Shown in pieces: positions 15,201 through 26,869 of a stretch of DNA of 64,000 bases. The position numbers and the translations under genes are program-made. Each line of letters begins with the position of its first letter. Within the stretch, counting starts at the first letter, position 1. Source of the stretch: Paragordius varius (Eukaryota; Animalia; Nematomorpha). The DNA is taken from assembly GCA_964247055.1 (NCBI GenBank), contig OZ176055.1, positions 5,704,001 to 5,768,000 of the forward strand, in the 5' to 3' direction. The notes below the pieces were generated by a model. That model was given only the letters and a program-made list of their open reading frames with translations, made no database searches and had not been told where the DNA came from.

Positions 15201-18200
15201 TTGGATTTTTGCCATTCTTTTTTATATTCGAAACCAAAATATAGGTACGAAAAGCGATAAAAGATGTATCCATGCTAATCTCCCGAATCATTAATGCACT
15301 AAATAAACAAGGGCGTTTGGAATGCGTCAATATAATTATTGTGTCAGATCATGGTTTCTTTCTCATTTTTCATATATTTTATATTGTTTTCATAAAAACT
15401 TTAAAGATAAAAAATAAGGACTGTAATGAAAAAATCTTTTCATAAAAGACCCAATTAATAATTTCAACCCATCCATTAAAGACTATAAATATAATTAAAG
15501 TTTTACTATATAAATTAATATTATATAGGTGGATACAATACCCCTTGTAGTGGATTAGTGTTTTTAGATCAAATCGCTCAACTTGGTCACGTGTCCTTCC
15601 TCGCTGGCCCAAGTGTCATGATTTTACCCTTTAAATCCAATCGTAAATTTTTATCACATTTATATGTTTATAAAAAGTTAATATATTTCCTGAGAATAGT
15701 TATCAAGCTTTATTCTCAAACTCCAAAATATACTAAAGTTTGGACTTAAAATGTAATTTTAGGATGATATATAAATTACGGTCATATCTTAGTGATTTAT
15801 CTTTACGTTTAGTTAGCCCGACAGAAATATTTGATAAAATGCGTTGTTCTCGAGGCCCCGCTGCTGGGAAATATGAAATTTACAAAAAGACACATATGCC
15901 CAGACGGCACCATTATAGCAGTAATAATCGTATTGGGGATATTGTCGTGAAAATGCGTGAAGGTACCAACATGTTTCGGTAAAAATTTGCATAAAAATTT
16001 AAATATTAAAAATATTTCATAGTATCTTCATAAATATATATTCATGGATAACATCCTAAAAATTAAATTTATCCTATAAGTTTAGGATGAATAATGTACC
16101 ATTTTAATCTATTCAATCATTTATTCTATATTAATAAGTTTAGTCAATATCTGTATGTTACCCTTTTTAAATATTAAATTTTTAATTATATTAAAGCTTT
16201 CCCATATTTTAACGATCTTTAATGAATTATTTGAATTTATTAATTTAGTTACAGTAAAAGACCTCCTCCTTGTGAAAAGTTTAAGGGTGGACATGGTTAT
16301 GACGATGGGCTTCCACCTATGCAAGTATTTACTTTTTCTAACTTTTTATCTCACTTTCACAAGAGAACCAAACATATTTAAAAATTTACAAATTATAATA
16401 GTTTTCTAATTTTATAACTGTTTTTAAATGATAAAATTAATTAAATTCTTTTTAGTTTTATTTTCATCTATTTTATAGGGTGTATTTTTTGCGTATGGAC
16501 CAAGTTTTAAAAAGAATACCCGGATAGCTCCCTTTCAAAACATTGAACTATACAACTTGATGGCTGGTATACCCAATTATATTATTTTATAATATTATAA
16601 CCTTCAAGGTAATATACTATCTCTTTTTTAGTTATTAAGATGTTGATATTGGAAAATATTTTAATACTATGATATACCATTTACAAATTCATCCTTGAAC
16701 AATTCAAATTCACCCTCGAACAATTCAAATTCACCCTTGAACAATTCAAATTCATTCTTGAACAATTCAAATTCACCCTTAAATAAATAACATGTTTATA
16801 TATTAATATATTTTTAAAAAATAAAATTTTGTTTTAAATTAAAATAATACTGAAAAAAATAATTAATTATGCCATAAAGATATATTTTATATTAATAATG
16901 AGTTATATTAGTTCGAAAACACATAATTTATTTTTAGGGTGAATTTGAATTGTTCGAGGGTGAATTTGAATGTTCAATGGTGAATTTGAACTGTAAATAG
17001 TATATCAATATATATTACATTGATCCATGTATATAAAAAGCTTTTATCACCTATTTCTTTGTTCGCACCAATATTAAAAAATCCTTACTTATTATACATT
17101 TTCATTCCTTAGCACTCTTGGGTGTTACACCAGCTCCAAATGATGGTACTTTTGGACTATTGGCCGATGCCTTAGTAATACCTCATGAGCCCACACCACC
17201 AAGCCTTCAATCTGTCAAATATTACGAATTACTTTCAAATCAACAATTCGGTTCTCCGGCCACAACTTTTAGAAACAATAAACCGGTTCAACCAGCTGGA
17301 AGTTTTGAGGGTGGATACCCTGATGAAGGGTATTTAGATTAAATTTAGCGTTTAAGAAAATGTTTCAAACTTTATTTATCTCAAACTAAACGTTTTAGCT
17401 AAAGGTGTGTTTAAGATTATATTAGACTGTAAATTTATAAATTATAAGGATAAAATATATTTTTCACAGACACAATATATTTGATCCTTAATTTTATGAC
17501 TACAAATGTGGAATTAGTGTGTTTAGCATTTCCATTTCCTATTTTGCAAATCAAAGCGATAGGGGTAAATATTAGGGTTTAAAATATATGATTGTATTTA
17601 TAAAATTGATTTGGATTTTAAATATTTTACTGTAATTTTTTCACGTTAGTTATGAAAGTGGTGAAGAACAACACTCACCCTGGGCCAAGCGAGATCTTTT
17701 CAAGACGCTGAAAGATAAATCATTCTTCTTTCACAATGTTGAAAAACGTTCCATTTTGGATTGGTTCCGGAAAAAACCGAAAGAAAAAGACCAGACCCCA
17801 CCCCCTCAAATAAATGAGATAACTGGTAACCAATTAACAAAACATAAATATTTTATAATATCATGTTAACTTTTTTCTGCTAAGGACCCTTTTAGTCAAC
17901 AGCGCATAAAAGTTATTGAATTCTAATGATTAACATCCACATTAACTGATTTTTTAAGTACGTGCTAGTTTAGCTGTAATAATAATTACTTGGGAATACA
18001 CATGGTAATTTTGCATCATACAGCTAACTGTAGATAATAAACTTTAATTTGTTGTACTTTTTAACGAATTTCAAAAAAGATCATTTTTAACAGTTTTTAA
18101 TGGTATATTTTGTTACTTTATGAATTAACATTGGACATATATTTTTATTCTCTTTTATTTTATTTAATTTAAATTTATTAAAAAATATAAAAAATTAAGG

Positions 18201-21200
18201 TCAACGTCGGATCTTAAAAATAGAAAAATAACTCTATTGCAAATGAAGAAAGAGTTTCATTGTAAATAATTGAAATCCTACATAAAACACTTTAAAAAAA
18301 TATCATATCATTATATGAATAAAATCCAGTAATAATTTACATTTATGTAATGTAATTTAAAGAAATTTCAATTTTATAATTTTAGATATATCATATAAAG
18401 TGGATGACAAAGATGCCGGATATACCTCAGGTGAAGAGGATTATTATGGAACGGGAATGGGGGTCGGGACCGGTGGAGTCGATACAATTGATCCTAATTT
18501 AGAGGTTTCATTTTTAATATTTTGTGATTAGAAAATTATTTTTACTTAATACTAGTTTGGTTATAAAATCAGATGTGGTAAATGCATAATCTAAAATTTA
18601 CATTTAAAATTATTTAGAGCACAGTGTAGGCCGAGTAAAAATATTATCAACTTTAAACCAATCTTATTTTAAATACCCTTTAATTGCACATCTTTGTTGC
18701 TTAATTGCAATATATGAAAATTAGCTTATGAAACACGATTTTTAGATTAAACCAAAATACTTTTTTAATAAAACGGTTTTTTACTTTCAGAGAATGCAAC
18801 CCGTACCCATTGATATGGGAAAAGCAACACGAAAGCCAACATTTGATGATGATGTTCGATTGTTGCCTCCTGCAGTTTCAGATTTTGGCGGACCAACTAG
18901 TGTATCCGGTCCTTTGGCTAAATGTTGTAGCCCAGTATAAAAAATTAATTCTTATTACATTATTTAATATTTTAAATGATTTTTGATAGGATGCTTAAAT
19001 CACTTATTGAATATTCAATTTTTATATTGTGAGCTAGTATGGTAAATATTAGTAATAAGTGTTAGTCAAATATTTTATATGGATGTTAAGCCTACATTTT
19101 TTGAAATTGTTACCCTTGTAAGTCAGTTTAATTATTTCTTTACGCGATCGTAACCATATAATTTGCTTAAACCGAATTGCAGGTTCCAGGCAGTGTAAAT
19201 TTATCTCCTCTGGGCTCTAATGACCCGCCTCAAGGAAGTCCTGTTAGATCTGCCTTGGTATCTCATAGTGGCTTCGGAATTCCCAAATCATCGTTGGTCC
19301 CGCTTAGTATACTGCCTTCTACCAATTATGTGATTGGTAATTTTTACTTAATTATTAAATAATTTTTTTATGAAAGGCATTTTTGTCAAATAGATTACTT
19401 ATTTTGTTTATATAAGTTAGCCTTAATATGGTATGTAATTTTTATTATTTGATAACTAAAATACTGCAATTTAAAAGTATTCTATAGTAAACATTTATAG
19501 ATACATCTCTAACATATATTTCACTTAAATATATTGAATATATGAAAATTGTACATTTGTGCTGGCCATTTCACATTATTGTTGGTCAATTGGTAGTACA
19601 GTAGCGTATGATATAAAACAATTTTGTTTATAATTAAATGCTTTAATGTTGTAAGATAGGAATTGATTTAACCATATATTGTTTTTATCCATACACTACT
19701 GTATATTGCCAATTGACCAACAATAAGGGTAATTGGACAGCACAAAATGCATACTGTATATGGTATTAATTTAATCTAATTGCTATTTAATTAATTACGT
19801 ATAATTAATATTTATATAATTAAGGTTATGATGAGCAAAATGGTTATCCAGCTTTTGCTTCATACGTTCCCTCAGAACCTTACAGTAAAGATAATACCCC
19901 AGGGGATGGGAATTGCATTGGATTAGATGGGCGGATAGTTAGAAGTGTTGACCAACTCAATGCCTGCAAAAACCAATTGAATCTCCGTAAAAATATGATC
20001 CCAGTCGTTCCCTTGAAATTGTATCCTGGAGGTAACTTATGATTTATTTTTTATTTACTAGTTAAAAGGATAATTTTTGATTTTTTTTGTTTTTTATTGC
20101 CAACTTCTTGGACAATTATTTAAAAAGATAAAATATGGGTATAAAATCTAATAAGTTGGTGCCTAATGTTTTTTAGTCTTGCTACATTTTATAAATTAAT
20201 TAACTATGAATACATGATAAAATTAACCAAATTTGTATAATATAATTGCTTTATTATTTTAGCTGATGGCAATATTATGAGTAACGTTGTATTCGTGTAC
20301 GAAGATTTTTATAACAATATTTGGGCCCCGATAATGGCGACCATGACGAACGTAGCCTTGAAACATAAGGCCCTTTTGATTGTTGGACCAGTTTTTGATT
20401 TTGATGGAAACAATGTTAGAGATGATATGTCTTCAGTTAAAAGGTAATTTTTTTCCCCGTAAAATTAATTTTGAAAACAAAAAAAGTTAAAGATTTTACA
20501 TTTTCTAATTAAGCAGAATTGCAATATGTTTTCTAGGATTAGTGCATTAGTCATTCGACTTTATAATGAAATAAGGGTAGCCACAATAATTTCTATTTTC
20601 TTTGTTAACACTTCATTACCTTTTTCATTTTTTTGTCCTAGTTTACATTTGGGGTATTGTTCTATCAATACAGTTTTAAAAGTTATTTTAGTTGAAATTT
20701 AATTATCAAATATTGTACTTCTGTTTTAACAGTTTTGTTAATTCTAGAGAAAATTAAATGGCTCCAAAATGAAATAAACAGCTGATATTAAAATCAAAAT
20801 ATATCAAGTTTTTTCTGGTAAATGCAGCTTGAGAGCTTTTTAAAGTTAATTTACATTTTCTAACCATAATACACATTTACAGTAAAAACATTATAAGAAT
20901 ATTTGTAATAAAGATTTAAATATTAAGAGTAAAACAATGAATATTTATAAAAAGAAAAAAAACAAAGGGCCATATTGTATGTGTAAGCATTACCATGCCC
21001 ATATAATAATTACTTTTTACTATTTGTGAAAAAAAAGGAAAGGAAGGGCATTTATTGAGTATGTATATCATACCATTAGCATTACCATGCCCATTAAATA
21101 ATTATTTTTTTACTGATTATGTAATACCATACCATTACCATGCCTATATCACTGGAAAGAATAGATTTACACAAATTTTTTTTCATATCACAAGTGGGAA

Positions 21201-23963
21201 TGATAGAACCTTAATTAATACGAAGCTGCAAACAATTGTTTTGGAGCCAATTTAAAATATTTGAAATTCGACTTAAAGCAACCTTTGTTATAAAAATTAT
21301 AAAATATAAAATTTATTAAAAAATTCGTAATAAAAATGTATAAAATTATGCTCATCTATAAATTTATAAAAGTAGAAAATGCTGGCTTTGTGATCAGTTT
21401 CATGAAATCGGTATACACATTCAAATCCAAATGTCGAAAAAAGATAACCATATATGAATGCACCGACGATAGCTTCGCCCTTTTTTAATTTAGGCCTCCA
21501 GTTCGGCACCCCAAGTAAAAAACAGTTTTTTTTGAAAATAGAAGTCCTACAAAAAGCGTGTATTTTAGTTAATTTTCAGGAAAACGTGTGGGACCATTCG
21601 ATTTAAAATATGATTTTTTTACTTATTTTCGATTGCGCCAAACATAGTCGGTTCGCTTTTTTAATTTAGTCCCTCTTTTTACCCGCCTCCCCCGTAAAAT
21701 GCCATTTTTTAAAAAAAAACAAAATCCACAATAATAATTTTTTGAATCTCTTTTACGCCCAGGGTAAGAAACCGTAAAAATTCAATGAGGATTCCAGGTA
21801 TTCTCTGTTAAAAGGAAAACACTTTAGTGCATGTTTTTGTATCAGCCTTTGGGTAGGGAGCTACTCGCCTAAAACTCCAGCACCATATCATAAATGCGTT
21901 GTATTGGAGCTAATTTTCAAAAAACATAAGAAGCCATACGAGTTCAGGTAAACACATTTCTGGGGAATTTGTATAATCTCATTCTTTTTTTTAAAAAGGG
22001 ACCACAAATGATTTACTTTTTATATCCCTTAATCCTAGCTGTTTGAACATAATTTAAAATTAAACTTTTAACCATGATTTCGTAAAACGAAATTAAATCC
22101 AATGATAGTTGAATATAATAGAGACAGTTTAAATATGGTCATTTTCAAGTAAACAATATGAGCCTTTGCAAAAACCCGTAAAGAATAATAAGTCATTCTT
22201 TTTATTAATTATTTTTTTAATTATTTTTTATCTCGATTACTTCTATTTATTGCAAATTATTAATAATCCCTGAGACTACGTCGCAGCGAAGCTGACAGGG
22301 CTAGCTAATAATTAATATAATTTTAAACACCTCCGAATGAGAGTTTACGTGATGAACCACAAAAATATTAATAAAAACTATATCTATAATTGTTTTCAAT
22401 GTCTAATTTTTTTCGCTTCAAAGCAATAATTAATTAAATATTATGACAAAAATTAAATAATTTTTGAAAGACTTACGTTCTTCACATAACCGACCCATTC
22501 GAAGGTGTTCTAAATAATTTTTACCCCTAAGTGTTTTATAATAGTAAAATGTGATTTCATGAAAAGGATTTTTTATAGCATTTAGTTGAGGGATATAGGT
22601 AAGAAAACAAGCATATTTTTTAATCCTCAACCACCGCAGCTAATTGTCTTCAAATATTTTAAATAGGCTCTTAAATCAGTTGTTTGCAGCTTCATATTAT
22701 TTAAGGTTCTATCATTCCCCCTTGTGATATGAAAAAAAATTTGTGTAAATCTATTCTTTCCAGTGATATAGGCATGATAATGGTATATTACATAATCAGT
22801 AAAAAAAATAATTATTTAATGGGCATGGTAATGCTAATGTTATAATATACATACTCAATAAATGCCCTTCCTTTCCTTTTTTTCACTAATAGTAAAAAAT
22901 AATTATTATTTAATGGGCATGGTAATGCTTACACATACACTATGGCCCTTTGTTTTTTTCTTTTTATAAATATTCATTGTTTTACTCTTAATATTTAAAT
23001 CTTTATTACAAATATTCTTATTTTGTTTTTACTGTATTTGTCTGTTGCGATAGTTTTAAAAATACTAATAGTAAAAAAATGGCGGTAAAAAAGTTTGAGA
23101 TTAGGTTTTTACAATTTCACATTTTTTAATTTTTTTGTATAATGCGCCTATAAGGCTAAAGAAATCATATTTTCGTATTTGGTTTAATACCCTAAATATT
23201 TAACATATTCGAATTTCAAATCGCTCTGGGACATAAAACTATCCCAAAAAGTAATGGAATGTTAATGATTATTTATATATACTTCTATAATATATAGTTA
23301 CGTGGATAATCAAAAAATCCCAATCCCATCACACCTTTTTATCGCAACGTTTTATTGTCGTACGGGAGGCACTAATTGCGACGCACGTAATACCGTTATA
23401 AATAGCTTTTTAATTCCACATGTGCGCGAAACTGAAAATTGCGAGGTATAGTATTGAAAATTACCTAAATTTTTGTATTTTCAATAAGTTTTGCATAGGG
23501 AAAATTGTATTTAGTTCCAGTTGTTCTAAAATGTTTTTTACTTTGGTTTGTATTTTTTTAATTGGTTAAACAGTATTAATTTTATAATGATAAATGACGG
23601 ATTGATTATGTTTTTGTAATAACAGTTGTAAAATCCGTAATATAATAATAACAAGGTTAAATTTTGAATTTAAAAAACGCTACCGCGGTTTAAAACAGTT
23701 TTTAAAAAGTTGTTGATCCGGACTTGGTTTTACATAAATGTTTTCACATGTATTTCCTTCAATTAGCATTTGTTACATATTTTTTAATTATTTTTGTGTT
23801 CATGCTTTTTTAGACGCCAGATGAATACTTTAGAAAGCATTATATTCGGGTGAAAGATATCGAACAATTGACAGGCCTTAACTTTTTCCTCAAATATCCT
23901 GAACACGATCGAATCAAGCTAACTACCCATTTTTACCTTAATTTGGATAAGAAAAAAACATAG
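12212..23963 (+). CDS. ENPP: Secreted ectonucleotide pyrophosphatase/phosphodiesterase, ENPP1/3-like (PDE plus nuclease-like domain, no somatomedin-B domains), 899 aa, 20 exons (12212-12336, 13285-13456, 14276-14392, 14570-14645, 14718-14751, 14976-15108, 15245-15353, 15529-15642, 15813-15978, 16255-16324, 16479-16566, 17113-17329, 17650-17825, 18386-18504, 18791-18934, 19183-19336, 19825-20031, 20263-20443, 23298-23445, 23814-23963)
   Basis: Exons sum to 2700 nt in one frame. Hydrophobic N-terminus. Catalytic and metal-binding motifs present: LLLINMDGF, YPTKTFPNLY (catalytic Thr), HGIVDN, EPDHAAH, VSDHG, GGHGYD. Nuclease-like domain motifs: GPVFDFDGNNVRD, IPSHLF, RVKDIEQLTGLNFF. Confidence 0.92.
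14087..14223. mobile_element. Small palindromic MITE-like element in ENPP intron 2
   Basis: About 35-bp inverted arms ATTGCTACTTTTTCATTAATTATTGCCAAATA / TATTTGGCAAGAATTAATGAAAAACTAACAAT. Confidence 0.55.
16671..17006. mobile_element. Foldback-type element, TIRs built of 21-bp tandem subrepeats (ENPP intron 11)
   Basis: Termini GATATACCATTTACA / TGTAAATAGTATATC. Left arm has about 4 copies of CCCTTGAACAATTCAAATTCA; right arm has about 3 reverse-complement copies. Second copy at 36792-37109. Confidence 0.8.
19551..19754. mobile_element. Palindromic MITE in ENPP intron 16
   Basis: About 60-bp inverted arms (GTACATTTGTGCTGGCCATTTCACATTATTGTTGGTCAATTGG... / ...CCAATTGACCAACAATAAGGGTAATTGGACAGCACAAAATGCATAC). 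Related copies at about 34722-34925 and 34950-35048. Confidence 0.7.
20880..23034 (-). mobile_element. Non-autonomous IS630-Tc1-mariner derivative with ~385-bp TIRs and TA target duplication
   Basis: TA|CAGTAAAAAC...GTTTTTACTG|TA (TA at 20878-20879 and 23035-23036). Arms 20880-21265 and 22649-23034 are near-perfect reverse complements, each with three CATTACCATGCC-type direct repeats. Minus-strand remnant CFLTYIPQLNAIKNPFHEI (about 22555-22612) resembles the transposase motif FLPPYSPxLNPIEN. Confidence 0.8.
21355..22308 (+). mobile_element. Non-autonomous Helitron (copy H1) nested in the Tc1-like element
   Basis: 5' end A|TCTATAAATTTATAAAA. 3' hairpin GTCGCAGCGAAGCTGAC followed by AGGGCTAGCTAA|T. 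The body is the reverse complement of segments at 53332-53800 and 55400-55857. Confidence 0.75.
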
Positions 23964-24322
23964 AAATTATATGTTTTTATTCACATTATATATAGCTACA
24001 AATCAATTCATGTAGATATATTTTTTATGCGAACAAAATTCAACCAAAACATAAATTGTGTTATCTCAATCAATGATTAATTAATTTTGCTATGCAAAAA
24101 AAACTTTATATAGTAATATATAAATTACATATATCCTATTTGTGAATATATTCTAGTCCATATTAGAAATAAATACTGTAATTTACGAATTTAATATATT
24201 TTGAAAAAAATCTTTCAGATTTATATCAAACCAATACCAGGCAATATATTTTTTATAAATAAAAAGGGTCATACACCAATAAAATTTAGAAAATAGAGCT
24301 GATTTCAGAAAATTGTTTTAAT

Positions 24323-24588
24323 CAAGGGTTTCCAACATGCCTCCCCCCGACCCCCGAGACTTCATGTGCGGCCCGCGAAACTTTTGGAAATCTATAAAAT
24401 GCAAAAATATTCTCACAAAATCTTACATTTGATATTTCTCAAACAATTTTTTGAACGGCAAAAACTATAAAAAGTTAATATAATGTGTTTGGATTCTATT
24501 AAATTATATATGAATTCCTCCATATTCGAATGAGGGCCCTGGATTAGTCAAAACGAGGTCCGCAAGCTATTTGTGTTGAACGGCCCTG
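24323..24588. mobile_element. hAT MITE
   Basis: TIRs CAAGGGTTTCCAACA / TGTTGAACGGCCCTG, degenerate 8-bp TSD GTTTTAAT/ATTTAAAT, internal GCGGCCCGCG motif. Confidence 0.65.
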
Positions 24589-25696
24589 ATTTAAATCATT
24601 GAAACCAGATGATTTTTCCAGAAACAACTAAAATTCCCATATGTAACATAGAGAACATAAGTTTAAATTTTAAATTATTGCATTTACTACAATCTATTTA
24701 AAAAACGGTTTTGTTATTCTTTTGTCAAATATTATTAACGCTTCAAATTCCCCCTTTAAACTTTTCACCCCCTTTTAACACCTAAAATAATTCCTTAAAC
24801 AGGATTCCGGTTTAAGGGTATGGAATTTAAATTTTAATAAAAGATTATGTTTACCTCAGGTTAAAATATTTGTTTTTTGGCTTTCACATTTTAGTTTTTC
24901 ATTTTAATTTGGCTATTGATATATTATTATGGCTAAATACTGTAAGAAAAGTCGTAAACTGCGAATTTGATGGCCCTAAACTCTCAATTATATGGGGTAA
25001 TTTGATAATATTCAAAATGAAATTTTAAAAGATGGGTTTTAATGTTCATAGATCAATATAAAGTCATTGAGCTTCAAAAGAATCAATCAAAATGACTTAT
25101 ATGACTTTCTAACTGCTATATAGTTTTGGAATGAGTTTTTACTAAACAACTACCAATAGAAAGTTTTTAAGTCAAAAACAATGAATCTATTATTTGTTTT
25201 TAGATTGAGAAATGGAGGAATTATTTTTCTCAAAGAACCGCAAAAGCGGTATATTCGGATCTTGAAAATAATGAGCCTTTAAATACACCTAATGTTTTTA
25301 GGCTTGTTTTATTTTGTTTTGGGATTTTATCCATAACTTAAATTGGAACAGTTTTATATAGCATTAATAAATAAATTAAATTCTAATGTTCTCTGAACAA
25401 ATAAATAATATATGACGAAGAGTATTTGAAAAGATTGAAAATGTATAACAGAACCAGTTACAAAAGAATGATCCGAATGCATAGATTCGATAATTAGTGC
25501 CCATATAGTGAAATTAATGATTTTTATATATTCTGAATCAAGGGAAAAAGGGCACCATAAGAACTCATTTATAATATAAATTTTAAAACATGTCACGTTA
25601 CATCATATATTTTATCATCGAAAGCGAATCACTCTCATAACAAAAATTGGGGTTATTCTATTCCTAAACACTGTTATTAAAAGGGTTACTTTGTTA

Positions 25697-26869
25697 ACCA
25701 GGTGTATTGATAAGTCATTACCGGTTTAACTAAAAAAAGATAGACGTCAATGACTTGCAGACGATTGATTTGACTCATACCCAATTTCGTTCATCCATCA
25801 TTACACAAGTTGAGTGTGACAAAAGGCTCCATCTTGTTTTTATCATCCAGTAATCATTTGAATATTATGCCTAAAAAAACATGTGCGGCACCATTGATCT
25901 TATTCCAACAGAAGACAGAGAGTTTAAACTCATCGTTTGTTGGTAGAAACATATGGAGAACGGGTTCCATTGATTAAATCATGTGAATCATGGTAAAATT
26001 TTCGATTTTAATGTGGAAGAGAGTGGGTGCTCGTTAGACCACACAATTAAGAAGACGATAAAGTGAAAGATTTGAATGATGACTCAACGCAGACTCAACG
26101 GCAATTGGCACAAGCATGACATGTATCACTAAAATAGGTAGACGTCTACGAGCAATGGGAAAAAAACTCAGTGAATGGGTTTCACACAATTTGAATAAAG
26201 GTCAAAACAAAAATCGCAAAGTAAATGGTGAAATCCTGCTTCAACGTCACGAAAGAAAATATTTTTGCATCAAATTACGACTTATGAGAATTGGCTTTAT
26301 TTTGTAAATCCAAAGCGGAAAATTTGGCTTTCACCTTGCCAATCCGGTCCATCATAACCACGATCAAATTGCTGAGGACCATGCTCTGTGTCTGGTGGGA
26401 CCAGAGCGTGCATAGTAAACACTTTTTTGCTAACTGCTAACACACAACGCTATGCCAACAAAAGATTAAACCATGATATAATAAAAAAAATACCACTGTG
26501 GGCCAAAATATTTAAGTGATTTTGCTATACGTAACAATGTTCCGTCTCACAGTCAAAACCAGCGAAAGACATTTTAAAATTTCTTTGGTGAGCATATTCT
26601 ATAGAGACTCTACTGACTTAACACTATCTGACTATTAGCTCCCTACCTCAATGGGATACACGCGCCCAGATCATTAAATTTTGAAGACGTTGGAAAATGG
26701 CTTTACGAAGAATTTGCCGCAAAAAAAGAATTAGTTTTTCTGGCATTGCATTTATATAATAACCGAGGATGGGAGAAATGTGTTGAAGCCAAACAATATT
26801 TTGGCTTCCTTTCAAAATTAAGTGTGTTTTTTACAAAAAAAAACGGTAAAGACTTATGACTACTCCCAA
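25697..26869 (+). mobile_element. Decayed mariner element, Mos1/mauritiana-like transposase remnant
   Basis: Fragments LVETYGE, DDSTQTQRQLAQA, IGRRLRAMGK, EWVSHNLN, EILLQRHERK, ENWLYFVNPKRK, TMLCVWWDQS, NFEDVGKWL, WEKCVEA, in collinear order with many stops and indels. Imperfect TA-flanked TIRs share an ATAAGTC(A/T)TTACCG core. Confidence 0.88.

Noticed and set aside
16681-16780. Regular 21-bp repeats, and the ~205-bp and ~316-bp arrays elsewhere, as CRISPR-like arrays
   Set aside because: Repeats are contiguous with no unique spacers, there are no cas genes, and the context is eukaryotic introns and transposons.
21055-21509. Short ORFs inside transposons (21055-21255, 21297-21509, 42457-42933, 54155-54352, 62259-62477)
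   Set aside because: They lie within TIRs, Helitron bodies or MITEs and show no protein motifs.
23950-23963. ENPP C-terminal KKKT* as an ER-retrieval signal
   Set aside because: Di-lysine signals act on cytosolic tails of membrane proteins; this protein has no C-terminal TM segment.
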